Assembly (NCBI GenBank): GCA_965208125.1
Contig: OZ242320.1
Span: 2,336,001 to 2,400,000, forward strand
Source of the DNA: Candidatus Latescibacterota bacterium
GTDB taxonomy: Bacteria; Latescibacterota; UBA2968
Length of the DNA: 64,000 nt
Reading direction: 5' to 3'
Each line of letters opens with the position of its first letter. The first letter of the stretch is position 1. The position numbers and the translations under genes are program-made. Positions 48,140 through 57,352 of the stretch are shown piece after piece. The notes below the pieces were generated by a model, which did not search any database, was not told where the DNA came from, and saw nothing but the letters and a program-made list of their open reading frames with translations.

Positions 48140-50809
48140 TCAAGGATTTTCAATCGCGCGTGTCAGTTCACAGGTGATGTGTTCGAGCAGTGCGGTATCT
48201 GTGATTTTATCGCCATTTTTACGCACGTAAAAGGCATCCACAGCGCGGTCTGCCTGTGTGCCAATGCGAGCGGTGTAGATGTCGAGGCCAAGGTCTGATA
48301 ATGTGCGCGTGATGCGATACAGGAGGCCCGTTGCGTCTTGTGCAGTGATATCGATGACGGTGGAGCGCATGGAAACATTGTTGTCGTATGTGATTTTAGG
48401 AGAAATGGGAACTGTGGGCTGCCGCCTCAGGGACCACCTCTGGCTGTAGCTGGCAAACAGGTCTGATACGCGCTCTTTTTGTTGAAAGACATCGGTCAGG
48501 GTTTGTTGAATTTCTTCTCGTAGTGCAGCGTCATTTTCCGCGTCGGAAGTGACTTGAAAGATGTCGATGACTGTGCCGTCGTTGCGCGTATAAGCATGTG
48601 CGCTGAAGATGTTGATGTCGTGGGTTGCCAGTACACCACAGATTTCAGATAGGCGAAAGGGCTGGTCGTGCGTACAGATGGTGATTTCCAGAAAGAGTTC
48701 GCCGGGTTGTACGTTAACGGCGACCAGCGAGGCTCCCATTGCGTCGATGAGTTGCAGGTGTTGTGCGATTTCTTCCGGGCTGTTTTGTTCGGGATAGCGC
48801 GGGGGCATGTTGTTGAGGTGTTCGACAAGGGTCTGATATGGAATGCGCGACTCCAGAGCAGCGAGGATTTTTTGAATGTCTTGTAGTTCGGGTTGCTCGC
48901 GGTCGGGAAGGGCTTTTTGTGTGAGGAGATAAAAAGTGTTTTCGTAGAGTTCGCGCAAGAGGTGACCTTTCCAGGAAGTCCACGCAGTTTGTGTGACGGC
49001 AGACAGGTCGGCATAAGTGAGTACATAGATCATGCGCAAAGTGTCGGGGTGCGAAAATGTGCTGGCAAATTCGGCGATCATGCGCTGATCTGACAGGTCG
49101 CGGCGCTGGGCAATGGCGGACATTGAGAGATGGTGTCGCACGAGAAAAACAACGGTTTCTATCTGGTCATCGGGCAGTTGAAGGCGTTTGAGAAAGTCCC
49201 GTGTCATTTCTGCACCGACAATGCTGTGGTCTTTGTCGCGAACAGATTTTCCCACGTCGTGCATCATCAGTGCGAGATAGAGAAGTTCTTTTCTGGGGAT
49301 TTCATTGTACACGCGTCTGAGGTGCTGCAGGTCATGGGGGAGAGCAGGAGATCGCGCGAGGTAATCGAGACGCTCTACTGCCACCAGGGTGTGTTCGTCT
49401 GCTGTGTAGATGTGATAGCGATTGTATTGTACCAAACAGGTCAGGCTGCCGAATTCGGGTACATAAGTACCCAGGAGGTCGAGTTCGTGCATGGTGCGAA
49501 GGGTCGTGCCAATGCCGACGGGGGTGCGGAAGAGGTCGAGGAAAATACGACTGGCTCGCTCAGAAGACCTGAAGCTATCGTCGATGAGGTGGAGGTGATC
49601 TTTTATTCCCTGTTTGGTCGCTTCGTTGAGGGGCACGCCAAATCGCTGTGAATTGAGGAAAAGGGAGAGGAGGCGATGGGGCGTGTTGTCAAAAAAATGT
49701 CGTCGCTTTTGGGGCAGGGCAATGTGTGTGTGGTGTAGCACGGAGCCGTCATCGAGTTGTCGTCGCGTGAGCAATCCAACAGCCCGACCGGTGGAAGATT
49801 GGCCTTTGAGGCGTTCACATATCAGGTCGCTGAGGTGTTTAATTGCACGCGCCTGGGTGTAGTAGTCTCGCATAAAGTGTTCGACGCCCAGTTCATTGCC
49901 CCGGTCTTTGTAGCCCAGATTTTTGGCGATAATGGGCTGAAGATCGTGTTCGAGTACATCGAAGGGTTTGCCCGTGTGAAAGTGCAGTTCGCTGCGCGTG
50001 CGCAGCATGAAATCAAAGGCTTCGACATAGATCTGATAATTTCTGCGGGTGAGCAGATGGCTTTCTTGCAAGCCTTCGGGTGCGCGAAGGCCGCGGCGCG
50101 CCATCAAAAACCAGCCGGCTGTGTGAATATCTCGCAATCCCCCCGGGCTTTCTTTGATATTGGGTTCGAGGAGTTGCACCGAAAATTTGGATTTGCTGTG
50201 TCGCTGGATGCGTTCTTGATATTTTTTTTCTACAAAACCGCGCGCGCGCCTGCCAAAAAATCGCCGCGCAAGGGCGTCTTGCAGTTGGGCCTTCAGGGTG
50301 GGATCACCCGCGAGATGGCGCGTTTCGAGCATTGCAGTCATAGAATCGGTGTCATCTTGCGCTGCGGTGATACAATCGGAAAGGGTGCGCGTGCTGTATC
50401 CCACTTCAAATCGCAGATCCCACAGGGTGTGGAGTATTGCGCGCGTTGTGGGGTCGCCTTCACGAACTTTTTTGTGAAAGAGAAATAACAGGTCGATATC
50501 CGAGTGGGGATTGAGCGCTCCCCTGCCATATCCCCCTTGCGCGATTACGGCAAATCCGGTTGGCTCTCCGTGTTCTTCCACTGCTTCGGCATACAGTGCC
50601 TGGATGAGTGTATCGACGCGCTGTGTGAGTGCGGCAACCACAGCCCTGCCCGATGCCCCGCTCTGGTGGTGTGCATAAATCGTTTCCCAGGTGGTGTCGA
50701 GATAGGTTCGCAGGTACGACAGGCGTTCGGTGGGCCAGGCGTCTGATGTTTTTTTTGCGTTGAGAAGATCGCGTGGGAGGGTATCACATATGGAGATTTG
50801 TTTATTCAA
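48140..50809 (-). CDS. glnD: [Protein-PII] uridylyltransferase
   Basis: GGYGRG...SDIDLL, EPNIKESPGGLRD, HIYTADEHT, HDVGK, two C-terminal ACT domains. Confidence 0.95.
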   Translation of the reverse strand: MNKQISICDTLPRDLLNAKKTSDAWPTERLSYLRTYLDTTWETIYAHHQSGASGRAVVAALTQRVDTLIQALYAEAVEEHGEPTGFAVIAQGGYGRGALNPHSDIDLLFLFHKKVREGDPTTRAILHTLWDLRFEVGYSTRTLSDCITAAQDDTDSMTAMLETRHLAGDPTLKAQLQDALARRFFGRRARGFVEKKYQERIQRHSKSKFSVQLLEPNIKESPGGLRDIHTAGWFLMARRGLRAPEGLQESHLLTRRNYQIYVEAFDFMLRTRSELHFHTGKPFDVLEHDLQPIIAKNLGYKDRGNELGVEHFMRDYYTQARAIKHLSDLICERLKGQSSTGRAVGLLTRRQLDDGSVLHHTHIALPQKRRHFFDNTPHRLLSLFLNSQRFGVPLNEATKQGIKDHLHLIDDSFRSSERASRIFLDLFRTPVGIGTTLRTMHELDLLGTYVPEFGSLTCLVQYNRYHIYTADEHTLVAVERLDYLARSPALPHDLQHLRRVYNEIPRKELLYLALMMHDVGKSVRDKDHSIVGAEMTRDFLKRLQLPDDQIETVVFLVRHHLSMSAIAQRRDLSDQRMIAEFASTFSHPDTLRMIYVLTYADLSAVTQTAWTSWKGHLLRELYENTFYLLTQKALPDREQPELQDIQKILAALESRIPYQTLVEHLNNMPPRYPEQNSPEEIAQHLQLIDAMGASLVAVNVQPGELFLEITICTHDQPFRLSEICGVLATHDINIFSAHAYTRNDGTVIDIFQVTSDAENDAALREEIQQTLTDVFQQKERVSDLFASYSQRWSLRRQPTVPISPKITYDNNVSMRSTVIDITAQDATGLLYRITRTLSDLGLDIYTARIGTQADRAVDAFYVRKNGDKITDTALLEHITCELTRAIENP

Positions 50810-50961
50810 TGGGTAGTCCTTTGGAAATGGCTACGACGCCGTCAGAGGCTAATAATATCACGTTTGATGGATAAGTGTCAAGATATTTGGGCTTGCGCTT
50901 TGGGTAGAAATCCCCAAATTTAAGATTAAATGGTTTTTATCGTTGTATCGGGAGAACGCGC

Positions 50962-52011
50962 ATGGCTATGGATTATAGTGCCTCAATTTTGGAGGGGTTG
51001 GGAGAGGGCATCGTGGCTTTTGACAAGACACATCGGGCCGTGATGGCCAATGCATACCTGATTGCATTGATGGGGTGGGACAAACAGGCCGTTTGTGGCG
51101 CATCGCCAGAGATGCTATTTGCCCAACGCCCCGAGTTGTTGCGGATTTTGAACGAGGGTATGAAGAAAAAAGTGCTGGTGTCAGATACGGATCTGGTACA
51201 CCACAATGCCGATGGTGGATTGCAACATCTGCGCGTGAGTACGTCGTTTTTGAATACGCGGTCCGGGCTGGTGCTGGCGGTGCGCGATGTGTCTGAGATA
51301 AAGCGGATGGAATGGGAGATTTTTCAAGTTGAAAAAATGACGGCGTTGGGGCGTTTGGCCGCTTCTGTTGCCCATGAAGTGCGCAATCCTCTGGGGGCGA
51401 TTGATATTCAGTTGCAGTTGTTGGAAGAAGACCTGGGCGAGTTGGCAAGTGCCTTAAGAGAGCGTCTTGTAGGGCGGCTCAATATTGCGCAGACAGAGAT
51501 GAAACGACTCGACCGCCTTGTGTATAATTTTTTGCGTTTTTCGCGTACGCCCAAACTTCATTTGCGGCAAGTGTCTCTCAACGATGTGGTTCGCCGCGTT
51601 TTTGAGCTGGTCTCGCCCGAAGCACGCGAGCGCGAGGTTGTGTTGTGTCTGGAACTTTCCGACGGTCTGCCCGCGATTAATGGAGATGAAGATCAACTCG
51701 GTCAAGCCGTGCTCAATATTGTGGTGAATGCCTTTCAGTCTATGGCCGATGGTGGCGTTTTGACTGCCCGAACACAAACCGAGTCGGGGCAGGTGTGTTT
51801 GATGCTTACAGATACGGGATGCGGGATTCCAGAAGAAGAGGTGGATCGCATTTTCGAGTTTTATTATACGACGAAAGATGAAGGTACAGGGTTGGGGCTA
51901 TCTATTGCCCAGCGCATTATTTATCAGCACGGAGGGCATATTGATGTCGAGAGCCTTCCCGAACGCGGAACGACCTTCCGGGTGTATTTGCCCGTGCCTG
52001 AGATACGATAA
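50962..52011 (+). CDS. Cytoplasmic PAS-histidine kinase (NtrB-like architecture)
   Basis: No TM segment; N-terminal PAS-like region; AHEVRNPL, NIVVNA, DTGCGI, TTKDEGTGLGL. Confidence 0.92.
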   Translation: MAMDYSASILEGLGEGIVAFDKTHRAVMANAYLIALMGWDKQAVCGASPEMLFAQRPELLRILNEGMKKKVLVSDTDLVHHNADGGLQHLRVSTSFLNTRSGLVLAVRDVSEIKRMEWEIFQVEKMTALGRLAASVAHEVRNPLGAIDIQLQLLEEDLGELASALRERLVGRLNIAQTEMKRLDRLVYNFLRFSRTPKLHLRQVSLNDVVRRVFELVSPEAREREVVLCLELSDGLPAINGDEDQLGQAVLNIVVNAFQSMADGGVLTARTQTESGQVCLMLTDTGCGIPEEEVDRIFEFYYTTKDEGTGLGLSIAQRIIYQHGGHIDVESLPERGTTFRVYLPVPEIR

Positions 52012-52020
52012 TTTGAGGCA

Positions 52021-52090
52021 ATCGCGGCAGGGATGCCGCTCCAACAGCAGACGGATCGTAGGAGGGAAATCCTTTTCCCGACATTGCTAC
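52021..52090. repeat. REP pair between kinase and regulator
   Basis: ATCGCGGCAGGGATGCCGCTCC (reverse of the 2586 family) and GTAGGAGGGAAATCCTTTTCCCGA. Confidence 0.7.
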
Positions 52091-52105
52091 AGACAGAGGT
52101 AACTT

Positions 52106-53463
52106 ATGGACGCGAGTGAGATTCGGCTTTTAATTGCAGATGATGAGTACTATATCTGCGAGGGTCTGCGAGAGGCGATGACCAAAGACGGTTATCGGGT
52201 TGATGTGGCTTATGATGGGAATCGGGCAAAGGCGCTTATGGAAGCCCATGAGTATGATGCCGCAATTTTTGATCTCAAGATGCCGGGGCAGGATGGTCTG
52301 GCACTTTTGAAGTGGGTGAGCGGTGCAAATCGCGAGATTGGCGTTATTGTGATTACGGCTTATGGAGAGGTGGAGACGGCTGTTGAAGCCATGCGGCGGG
52401 GGGCTTATGATTATTTGACCAAGCCCGTAGATCTGAAGCGGTTGCGCCTGTCTTTGGAGCGTTTGCTGGATCACCAGGCACTGGTAGTGGAGAATCGCGT
52501 ATTGCGGGCGCGTCTGGATTCCAATGGGGAAAATGGGGATATCGTGCATCGAAGTGCCGCGATGGAACAGGTCTGTGATACCATAGCGCAGGCGGCAATG
52601 ACCGATGTGCCGGTTTTGATTACCGGGGAAACGGGGACGGGGAAAGAACTCGTGGCGCGTGCGATTCATCAGGCGAGTGCGCGGCGGAATGCGCCCCTGG
52701 TGGCGATGAATTGCGGGGCGTTTGCCGAGACATTATTTGGCAGCGAGTTGTTCGGTTATGCAAAAGGGGCGTTTACGGGCGCGACAGCGAATAAGGCGGG
52801 TTTTTTTGCCGCGGCTGAAGGCGGGACGCTTTTTTTTGATGAAGTGGGTGAGATCCCATTGCCCAATCAGGTCGATTTGCTTCGCGTATTAGAAGAAAAA
52901 GCCTATCGCCCGGTGGGCAGTACCAAAGCGGTGGCCGCAGATGTGCGAACCATTTTTGTCACCAATCGCGATCTCGAGCGAGAAGTGGCAGAAGGACGGT
53001 TTAGAGAAGATCTGTATTATCGCATCAATGTGGTGCCTATTCGCCTGCCACCGCTTCGCGAGCGCGTCGAAGATATTCCGCTTTTGATCGATGTGTTTTT
53101 TGACAATCTGTGTGCGTTGCACCACAAAGCGCGCAAGGAGTTGACGCCCGATGCGATGGATAGGGTTCTGGCTTATTTATGGCCGGTAATGTGCGCGAGT
53201 TGAAAAATACCATTGAGCGCATTGTGGTAACCTGCGCAGATCAAAAGGTGGATGTCGATCATTTGCCTTCTCGAATACGCGATGCCCAGAATGAGACAGA
53301 TGCTATAACGGTTGAACTCGGTTCATCACTTGTAGATGTGGAGCGCGCGCTGATCGAAAAAACACTGGCACATGTGACGGCAAATCGGAAGGAGGCCGCG
53401 GCTTTGCTGGGGATCAGTGTTCGCGCGTTGCAATACAAGATCAAGGCATATAATTTGCGCTAA
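52106..53463 (+). pseudogene. Sigma54-dependent response regulator (NtrC family), frameshifted near 53184
   Basis: Receiver DLKMP, GETGTGKE, GAFTGA, DEVGE; the WPGNVREL motif is split across frames (TGG CCG GTA ATG, one G missing); Fis-type HTH in 53179-53463. May be a sequencing error. Confidence 0.8.
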
Positions 53464-53473
53464 TTTTCAAAAA

Positions 53474-53518
53474 CGCAATTTTTGCATTTTGGTTATAAAA
53501 TAGGGTGCAATTTTTGCA
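53474..53518. promoter_or_regulatory. Twin enhancer (UAS)-like sites
   Basis: CGCAATTTTTGCA (53474) and TGCAATTTTTGCA (53506), 32 bp apart, about 90-130 bp upstream of the sigma54 promoter. Confidence 0.7.
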
Positions 53519-53603
53519 TCTAAATAGAAAAAAAAAGAATATGAAGATTGAGTTTTATGATTTTTGTTCAATATAAACAACGATTTATGTATATAGGCAC
53601 GTT

Positions 53604-53620
53604 TTGGCACGGATATTGCT
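53604..53620 (+). promoter_or_regulatory. Sigma54 (-24/-12) promoter
   Basis: TTGGCACGGATATTGCT matches YTGGCACGRNNNTTGCW. Confidence 0.85.
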
Positions 53621-53713
53621 GTAATATTAGGTCGCGTTTATCGCGGATTTTTGATATTGGGGATTAATCTTTGTTTTTATTGATGTTAATGTGTTGTTCT
53701 TCATTTTTAATAA

Positions 53714-54280
53714 ATGTCTTATAGTTTGAAGATGCAAATTCTGCATTTTGTTGCGTGTGGGGGCCTGGTGACTCAAACGACAATTTTACCTGAAGACGAT
53801 GTTTTTCATTTTGATGTTTCGCTTCTTGTACCCGAGTTGCAATCACAAGATCGCCTGGGGGCGATCAAGGAACTGGTCGATCGGCTCTATGGGCGCAGGA
53901 AGGTGGTTGATAGTCTGAAGTTTTTGCAAACTATTCTGGATCGAGAAGATCAGATGAGTACTGTTTTGGGCCGGGGTGTTGCACTGCCCCATGCGCGATG
54001 CCGCTCGGTTGCTCAGCCCGGTGTGGCATTGGGTCTTTCTCAGACGGGTATTGCCTTTCCCCCAGATGCAGAACCCGTTCACGTGATATGCATGGTTGCA
54101 GTACCCGATGTGGCTCCTGTGCCTTATCTCTCGGTTTTGAGCAATTTGGCTCTGTTGTTTAAAAATTCAGATGTTCGAGCGGGTTTGATGGCCTGCGACA
54201 CATCGTTGAGTATGTATCAATTTATGACGAAACATCTGGCGCAAATTCGCAAAATGTCGGCTCCCCATTCTGTTTTATAG
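53714..54280 (+). CDS. PTS IIA domain protein (PtsN/fructose-mannitol IIA family)
   Basis: ILDRE..MST.LGRGVALPHAR phospho-His motif; true start probably later (e.g. GTG 53768). Confidence 0.85.
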   Translation: MSYSLKMQILHFVACGGLVTQTTILPEDDVFHFDVSLLVPELQSQDRLGAIKELVDRLYGRRKVVDSLKFLQTILDREDQMSTVLGRGVALPHARCRSVAQPGVALGLSQTGIAFPPDAEPVHVICMVAVPDVAPVPYLSVLSNLALLFKNSDVRAGLMACDTSLSMYQFMTKHLAQIRKMSAPHSVL

Positions 54281-54314
54281 CCGTTCTCCCCATCCTTTTT
54301 ACAGGAGGTTCCCC

Positions 54315-55166
54315 TTGCCTGGAATTATGATACAAGATAGTGAGTCTCTGGATTTGTATCTGCGAGACATTGCCTCGTCTGAACCCCTTTCGAGTGCAGA
54401 AGAAATTGAACTGGCAAAGAAAATCCACAAAGGTTGTCAGAGATCCAGAGATAAACTGGTTGCGGCCAATCTCCGTTTTGTGGTGAGTGTGGCGCGCGAA
54501 TATCAAAATCACGGGGTGCCTCTGGCGGATTTGATCAGCGCGGGGAATATGGGTCTGATGACGGCTGCCGAGCGCTTTGATGGCACGCGAGGATTTAAGT
54601 TTATTTCTTATGCGGTATGGTGGATACGCCAGGCGATTCACCAGAGTTTGGCACAGGATTCACGGGTTGTGCGTTTGCCTATTAACCGCATTGATTTGTT
54701 GCACAATATTTCAAAGGTGTCGCGCGAGCTGAGGCAGTCAAGCGAGACCGAACCCGAACCCGAAACTGTGGCAAAAGAACTCGGTGTGTCGGTGGAGATG
54801 GTTCAAGATACGCTGATGCGCGCGCGCGATGTCTGGTCTCTGGATGCATCTTTCCGCGAAGAGGATGACCACAGTTTGCTGCATGTGTTGCCCGATAATA
54901 CGCAAAAGGCACCGGATGAGGAGGTTGTAGAGGATTCGGTGCGCGAACAGGTAAAAGATGTGCTCACATCTCTGGATGACCGCGAGACCGAGGTTTTGCG
55001 CCTGTATTTTGGGCTGGGCGGTGAAGAGCCGCTTACGCTTGAAGAGATTGGCGTTCGGTTCAATTTGACCCGGGAGCGCGTGCGGCAAATTAAGGAGAAA
55101 GCACTGCGCAGGTTGCGCCATCCGCGTCGTCGCTCGCGGCTTGAGCCGTTGCTGGAAGTGACTTAA
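54315..55166 (+). CDS. RpoD/SigA-family sigma70 factor lacking region 1.1
   Basis: LDLYLRDI, ANLRFVVSVA, GFKFISYAVWWIRQAI, TLEEIG..LTRERVRQIKEKAL; AGGAGG RBS before a TTG start. Confidence 0.93.
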   Translation: MPGIMIQDSESLDLYLRDIASSEPLSSAEEIELAKKIHKGCQRSRDKLVAANLRFVVSVAREYQNHGVPLADLISAGNMGLMTAAERFDGTRGFKFISYAVWWIRQAIHQSLAQDSRVVRLPINRIDLLHNISKVSRELRQSSETEPEPETVAKELGVSVEMVQDTLMRARDVWSLDASFREEDDHSLLHVLPDNTQKAPDEEVVEDSVREQVKDVLTSLDDRETEVLRLYFGLGGEEPLTLEEIGVRFNLTRERVRQIKEKALRRLRHPRRRSRLEPLLEVT

Positions 55167-55208
55167 ATGCAGTGAGAAGTGAGACGAAAGACGCGAGATG
55201 TAAGACTT

Positions 55209-55238
55209 AAATGCCCCTGAGTTTTCAGGGGCATTTTT
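55209..55238. terminator. Intrinsic terminator
   Basis: AAATGCCCCTGA-GTTT-TCAGGGGCATTT. Confidence 0.75.
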
Positions 55239-55277
55239 CTTAGCTATGAGAAAATTGACAAACCCAACCGTTCGGCG

Positions 55278-57116
55278 CTACTTGAGGTAGAGCAGCCGTT
55301 GCGTCTGCACCCCGCCGGGATAGCTCAGGCGTGCGATGTAGATCCCAGTCGATAGCGAGATGCCCCGCTGATCGAGGACATCCCACCGAATCTGATAGGA
55401 GCCTGCGGCCTGGGACTGATCCACCAATGTGCGTACTGGCTGCCCCAGCACATTGTAGATTACCAGTTGCACCGGACCGGGGCTGGACAGGTGGTAGGTG
55501 ATCAGGGTGGCGCTGTTGAATGGGTTGGGAAAGTTGGGCGCCAGTCCACTAACTTCCGGCACTGTTTCGGCTGATAACGCGGGCTCGGCTGCGACCACTG
55601 GCTTGGATGCGGTTAGTGGTTCGACTCGTACGACCCTCATCTTGCCGCCCAGGGTCAGTTCCAGGACCTGGCGTTGATTGTGATTGAGGGGAATGCTGTG
55701 CCACTGGCCAACGGTTTCGCCATCGGCGTTGCTGGCGCGGGCTATATAGTACCCACTGACCCCATTTGGGTTGGAGATGGTGAGGGACAAAGAGCCATTG
55801 GCATCTGTGACGGCGTTATAGGCGTAGTCGGGCTGTTGGCCGGCGATGGATGGAGAGAACTCGACGGTCAATCCCTCGACGGCGTTGCCCAGGACCGTGG
55901 CTTCCACTTCTGTATAGGGATCAGTCGGGACAACCTCGGGTGCGCGCCCATAAAAGCCCGATCCAATGATGAAGTTGTACGGGACTACCCTTCCACCTAA
56001 CTCGGTTTGCGTTTTGAACTCGCGTGCGTATCCGACCTTGGGGATATCGGCGCTGTCGGTGTCGTCGTTGGGATCGTCGAAGTAATACTCCACGAAGCCG
56101 CCTTCCGGGTCACTTTTCGCCGCTTCGATGACCTGCGGTAGTATGAGTTTTCCGGTAACCGCGTCTCGGACAGTCGCTATCAGAGGTCGAAGCTCGTATC
56201 TGTTCGGAAACGCAGCGTGTATTTGGATTACGTTGCTGGTAGTATCCAGGACATAGAGGTACACGGAACCGTGTCTCCAGGGCCCGTTCGGATCCCGAAG
56301 TGCGATCCTGGCTATCCCACCGGGGAAATTGCCGGTTTTCCGAAGTTCGAGACAGTACTCCCCTGCTTCCGTGACGAAGGCCTTCAGGGTTTCTCGATCT
56401 ACCACGTCCCTGGCGGTAACGGCCGGGGTAATGTGATCGATCTCTTCTTCAATTAGGTGAGTTTCATTGAGGTCGAAACCGGCCATCATCACAAGCGGGC
56501 CTTTAAAAAAGTCCGACCAATATGTGGCGGCGTAGCCGGAGGCACCCGGTATGCCAGGTCGCAGGCCTGGTATAGGGGTGGTCGCATCGAATGCGGCATC
56601 CGGTTCTTGCGACAACATATTAAAGACATCGGAATTAGCCTGAGCGGCAATAGCAGGATCGGGAGAAGATAGGTCGGCCAGAACGGTTGAGGGTACTCCC
56701 AGCGCAGAAAGGATCTCTGCATAAATAAGGGGGTTGAGTCGCCTGCTCGACAATGCCATGTTCTTCGCATGAATCAAAATACTGCCATCGGCCTTCAGAA
56801 TCACGAGGTAGGTGGAACCGGAATACCAATAGCTCCCCTCTTGCCGGAAGAGACATCCATAGTATACCACTTGTCCCAGATTCTCAGCCGTCTGAAGCTG
56901 AATAACGAATTGTTCTCTCGAGGCCAGCGCGAAGTCCTGCAGGGTAGCGCTGCCGTCTTCCACCTGTTGCGCCGTTACACTCGGTGGCACAGGGGATGTC
57001 ACGCCAGGCGGGGGTGGACAATCTGCCAGGGCGGGAGGCGCATTGGAAAAGACGCCAGCCAGCACGAGCAGTCCGACAATGGGAATCAGGTATGTGGGTA
57101 ATGTTCGAGTTTTCAT
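55278..57116 (-). CDS. Secreted tandem Cache-domain protein with FlgD-Ig/T9SS-type C-terminal domain
   Basis: Signal peptide; GPWRHGSVYLYVLD...GGFVEYYFDDP...KVGYA Cache-like motifs; NFPNPFN...IYNVLGQPVRTL...GIYIARL tail. Confidence 0.75.
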   Translation of the reverse strand: MKTRTLPTYLIPIVGLLVLAGVFSNAPPALADCPPPPGVTSPVPPSVTAQQVEDGSATLQDFALASREQFVIQLQTAENLGQVVYYGCLFRQEGSYWYSGSTYLVILKADGSILIHAKNMALSSRRLNPLIYAEILSALGVPSTVLADLSSPDPAIAAQANSDVFNMLSQEPDAAFDATTPIPGLRPGIPGASGYAATYWSDFFKGPLVMMAGFDLNETHLIEEEIDHITPAVTARDVVDRETLKAFVTEAGEYCLELRKTGNFPGGIARIALRDPNGPWRHGSVYLYVLDTTSNVIQIHAAFPNRYELRPLIATVRDAVTGKLILPQVIEAAKSDPEGGFVEYYFDDPNDDTDSADIPKVGYAREFKTQTELGGRVVPYNFIIGSGFYGRAPEVVPTDPYTEVEATVLGNAVEGLTVEFSPSIAGQQPDYAYNAVTDANGSLSLTISNPNGVSGYYIARASNADGETVGQWHSIPLNHNQRQVLELTLGGKMRVVRVEPLTASKPVVAAEPALSAETVPEVSGLAPNFPNPFNSATLITYHLSSPGPVQLVIYNVLGQPVRTLVDQSQAAGSYQIRWDVLDQRGISLSTGIYIARLSYPGGVQTQRLLYLK

Positions 57117-57302
57117 CACGATGGTCCTCCCTCTTGGAATGGGTGGTAAGGAATAAGCGCAGGAAGAATAATATGAAGATGCCCTGGTAAGCAAATAGAT
57201 TTTCTATGCATAAACTGAGGGGCACAGGCATGCCATGTTTATGATGATGGCAATATGGTATTGCGCGGGGTTCAGCAGGGTGTTGTGAAAAAGACGAGGC
57301 GT

Positions 57303-57333
57303 AAAAAAAGCCCCTGAATTTTCAGGGGCTTTT
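57303..57333 (-). terminator. Intrinsic terminator between the paralogues
   Basis: AAAAGCCCCTGAA-TT-TTCAGGGGCTTTT, similar to the 55209 hairpin. Confidence 0.75.
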
Positions 57334-57352
57334 GCTTTGTGCGTTCGGCGCA

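Noticed and set aside
40540-50809. secDF to glnD block
   Set aside because: Ordinary housekeeping genes in a common order; nothing unusual seen.
53170-53203. Programmed ribosomal frameshift in the sigma54 activator
   Set aside because: No slippery sequence or stimulatory structure was seen; a simple 1-nt deletion explains it.
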